Part shown: positions 49,536 through 52,136 of the stretch, piece after piece
Position numbering within the stretch: the stretch's first letter is position 1
How the letters are laid out: each line of letters begins with the position of its first letter
Origin: an uncultured virus (IMG/VR IMGVR_UViG_3300021399_000104)
Lineage: Duplodnaviria > Heunggongvirae > Uroviricota > Caudoviricetes
Virus record (IMG/VR): IMGVR_UViG_3300021399_000104
Direction: 5' to 3' (one strand)
DNA: 52,136 nt
Notes under the pieces: generated by a model
The model's database searches: none
What the model saw: the letters and a program-made list of their open reading frames with translations, nothing else
What the model was told of the DNA's origin: nothing
Translations under genes and position numbers: made by a program

Positions 49536-50572
49536 AACCAATAGACTGCAAGAACTTTCAAGAACTAATACAACTCTGCAGAAAAAAAGATAAAATAACT
49601 TTCTCAGATCCAGAATTAGAGTTTAGCTATGTCCAAAATTCTTCTATCAATAAAGAAGATCCAGAAATATTGGAGGAACTATATCAGGCTATCTATGATT
49701 GGTGTAAATTTAACTTTTCTTCACCAGACGTAAGAAAGATAAAACCATTCGCACATCTCTTATCGTTCTGGAGAAATACTAGCCATTATAGTGGTGGAAC
49801 CTATGTCTACCCAACACAACAGACTAGAACATTTGATTTCTATACCTATCAATGGAAAAGCTATAAGGGAAACTTCTTGAGACATAATAATCATTATAAC
49901 ACCATATATAATACAGATGTGACTAGGACAACAAACCCACTCTTTATGATTATACTGATGAATATATTAGATGAGGAACTCGGATATTTCCCTAACCCTG
50001 AAAATATACTCAAAAACTTTAATCCCAACGATATTAGCTTGGAAGGACTCGATAGAATAACTAAAACCTTCTTCGATAAAATACAAGAACTATTCAATAA
50101 TTCTCCCCTCTATGGCTTCTATATTAAACAAGATCTGAGCAAACAGCCTTATGCAAAATACTATATTAGGAAACTAAAATCTATAGCAGCCTACTTTGAC
50201 ATAGAAGATTATTCCCTCTGCCTGTCCCCTTATCAATACTGTAGCGCTGGGATGTTTAGGGAAATGAAATTAATTGTCTTCGACCCAAAAGATAAGAAAA
50301 CTAAAACAATTCAAGACGGACATATGTATGATGTTAATGGTTGGAGACTTTTCTATAGTGAAGAGGAAGTGAATGAGGCTCTCGAAGTAATACAACAAAG
50401 GGTAATGTGGAAAAAAGAAATAGAAATTAACAACAACAAAAAATCTATTCAAGAAGTCAACAAAACCCTAAAACAACTTAAAAAGAAAAAGGAAATACTG
50501 GAACAGGAATTAATTAACCTAGAAGATATTAACAAAACAATATTCAACAATGGAAAAATTATTAGATCTTAG
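49532..50572 (+). CDS. Hypothetical protein with C-terminal coiled coil
   Basis: 346-aa ORF. Confidence 0.7.
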   Translation: MKPIDCKNFQELIQLCRKKDKITFSDPELEFSYVQNSSINKEDPEILEELYQAIYDWCKFNFSSPDVRKIKPFAHLLSFWRNTSHYSGGTYVYPTQQTRTFDFYTYQWKSYKGNFLRHNNHYNTIYNTDVTRTTNPLFMIILMNILDEELGYFPNPENILKNFNPNDISLEGLDRITKTFFDKIQELFNNSPLYGFYIKQDLSKQPYAKYYIRKLKSIAAYFDIEDYSLCLSPYQYCSAGMFREMKLIVFDPKDKKTKTIQDGHMYDVNGWRLFYSEEEVNEALEVIQQRVMWKKEIEINNNKKSIQEVNKTLKQLKKKKEILEQELINLEDINKTIFNNGKIIRS

Positions 50573-51599
50573 TGAAATTGGATTAGTACCAGCACCACTC
50601 AATTCTGGCTACCTCCCCGGCAACTATAACTTCTTAATACAGGAACCGAAGGATAGAACTTTTTCACTCCCCGTATTTACCTCACCTATGCCGGCGGTCG
50701 TGGATGAAAATAACTGGAAAATCTATGAAACAAATGGAATAAGACCAGTAATACCAAGAACTTCACCACTCAAAACTAGAATCGAAGCATCTAAACTAGT
50801 CTTCGCCGCTTTCTCTATCTCTGAAGTAATCGAAAACTTTATCTCATGCCAACAAACTTTTAATAACTGCCTGAGAATATGTATCGATTGCGGAAACGGT
50901 GCGGACCTGGAAATATTTAAAGTAGTAGCAGAATTACACAGAATCTATGGGAAACCTAGAGTAATTATCATGGCTGGAAATATAGGAACACCAGACACCT
51001 ATATCCAATACTGTAGATCCGAAATTGACTACGTTAGACTCGGACTGAATAATGGATCCCTGGTAAATGAAAATAAATATGGATTCTACTACCCGACAGC
51101 CTCACTAATACGAGATACCAAAACTAAACAAAATACTAACTGCAGCGGATTCCCTATGAAAACTAAAATAATAGTCGACGGCGGAATTGAATCATGCGCA
51201 GATATACTTAAATGTATAGCACTCGGAGCAGATGCAGTTATGATAGGACGAAAATTTGCTGAACTACTAGACGCCGCCGGACCACTCTTCGTTAAAGCTA
51301 ATGGGAAATTTGAACCCTATGATGAAAATATGAAAGAGGTTAAAGAGGTCTACCGAAAATATGAAGGCAATACTATACCACAAATCCGATCAAGACAAGA
51401 TGGATATGATAATGTACACGACTGGCTGAAACAAAAAACAGGACGATTTAAAGACTCTACCGCTGAATGGGTTAGAATCAAAAAGGACCTGAAAACTTGG
51501 ATGGCCGAAATGTATGATGCCTTTTCTTACGGATTTATGATGGCTAACGCTCAAAATTGGGATATGTTTCAGAAAAATATAAGGTGGAACATAATCTAA
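50550..51599 (+). CDS. IMP dehydrogenase/GMP reductase-fold protein lacking the catalytic Cys
   Basis: P.FTSPM..VV, ICID.GNG, IMAGNI.T, IIVDGGI, KCIALGADAVMIG; active-site loop reads LGLNNGSLV. Confidence 0.8.
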   Translation: MEKLLDLSEIGLVPAPLNSGYLPGNYNFLIQEPKDRTFSLPVFTSPMPAVVDENNWKIYETNGIRPVIPRTSPLKTRIEASKLVFAAFSISEVIENFISCQQTFNNCLRICIDCGNGADLEIFKVVAELHRIYGKPRVIIMAGNIGTPDTYIQYCRSEIDYVRLGLNNGSLVNENKYGFYYPTASLIRDTKTKQNTNCSGFPMKTKIIVDGGIESCADILKCIALGADAVMIGRKFAELLDAAGPLFVKANGKFEPYDENMKEVKEVYRKYEGNTIPQIRSRQDGYDNVHDWLKQKTGRFKDSTAEWVRIKKDLKTWMAEMYDAFSYGFMMANAQNWDMFQKNIRWNII

Positions 51600-52136
51600 A
51601 AGAAAACACAAGGGAATATCTAACATAAGACGTTCCCTTTATTTTTTTTTTCTGTGGAGTCTGTATTGAATAAAAAAAAATTAAAATGTGAAAAACCACT
51701 TAATCAGGGGTATTTGCTAAAATTAAATTAGGAGAATTAAATTCTTCTTCTACAAAGTTTGTGTGTAAAAAAAGTACGTAAAAAGACAAAAGTCACTTTA
51801 TCGGGGGTTTTTACCAAATTTTTACACATAGTTTTTACGACATAGGCGGAAGCTCTCCCGGCCTCGCCAAGCTCAGCCTCAACCTAAAGATAAAGTAGAA
51901 GTAGAATAAAGTTAAACCATTAATTAGATTAAATGATAAAATAATACTTCACCTACCAATCCAACCCTCCACTCCGGCCTCAGTCCCTTCAGCCTCCATT
52001 ACGCCTAGGTGAAGTATAAATTAAAGCATAGAGAAGAGGGGGCCTAGCCCAACCTTCCATTCCGTATTTTTCGTCATTTCATTCCTCAAAATCCTTCATT
52101 TCACCACCCTCTTCTCTCGCCTTCGGCGGAAACTGA

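Noticed and set aside
1..52136. TAG stop-codon recoding as in some large gut phages
   Set aside because: Long genes are intact in the standard code and several end at TAG at sensible boundaries; the fragmentation at 17-26 kb is explained by the cassettes.

Overview
AT-rich segment of what looks like a large tailed-phage genome, probably Bacteroidetes-infecting (inference from gene content; standard genetic code). 1-9.2 kb (+): small hypothetical genes, including two tandem paralogue families and a YqeY-like gene. 9.3-49 kb (mostly -): GNAT, SF2 helicase-like gene, a DGR-type reverse transcriptase locus, Ig-like proteins, two MoxR/vWA pairs, GIY-YIG nuclease, tail-fibre-like genes and RNase H. 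49.2-51.6 kb (+): hypothetical genes and an IMPDH/GMPR-like gene lacking its catalytic Cys. The standout feature is 17040-26305. Instead of a single template repeat, the RT and Avd-like genes are accompanied by about 54 different ~110-165 bp cassettes (hand count). Each is bounded by conserved anchors (minus strand TTCCCTAGTGG ... RTTCGTTCC). Each encodes a different DGR-variable-region-like peptide (FPSG..WSST..IRS). The RT also lacks the canonical DGR 'SQ' motif, and a tRNA-like element sits inside the array. The target gene is not in this window. A second pattern is tandem promoter-motif plus conserved-hairpin mini-units with no ORF, which may be small RNAs or empty gene cassettes.
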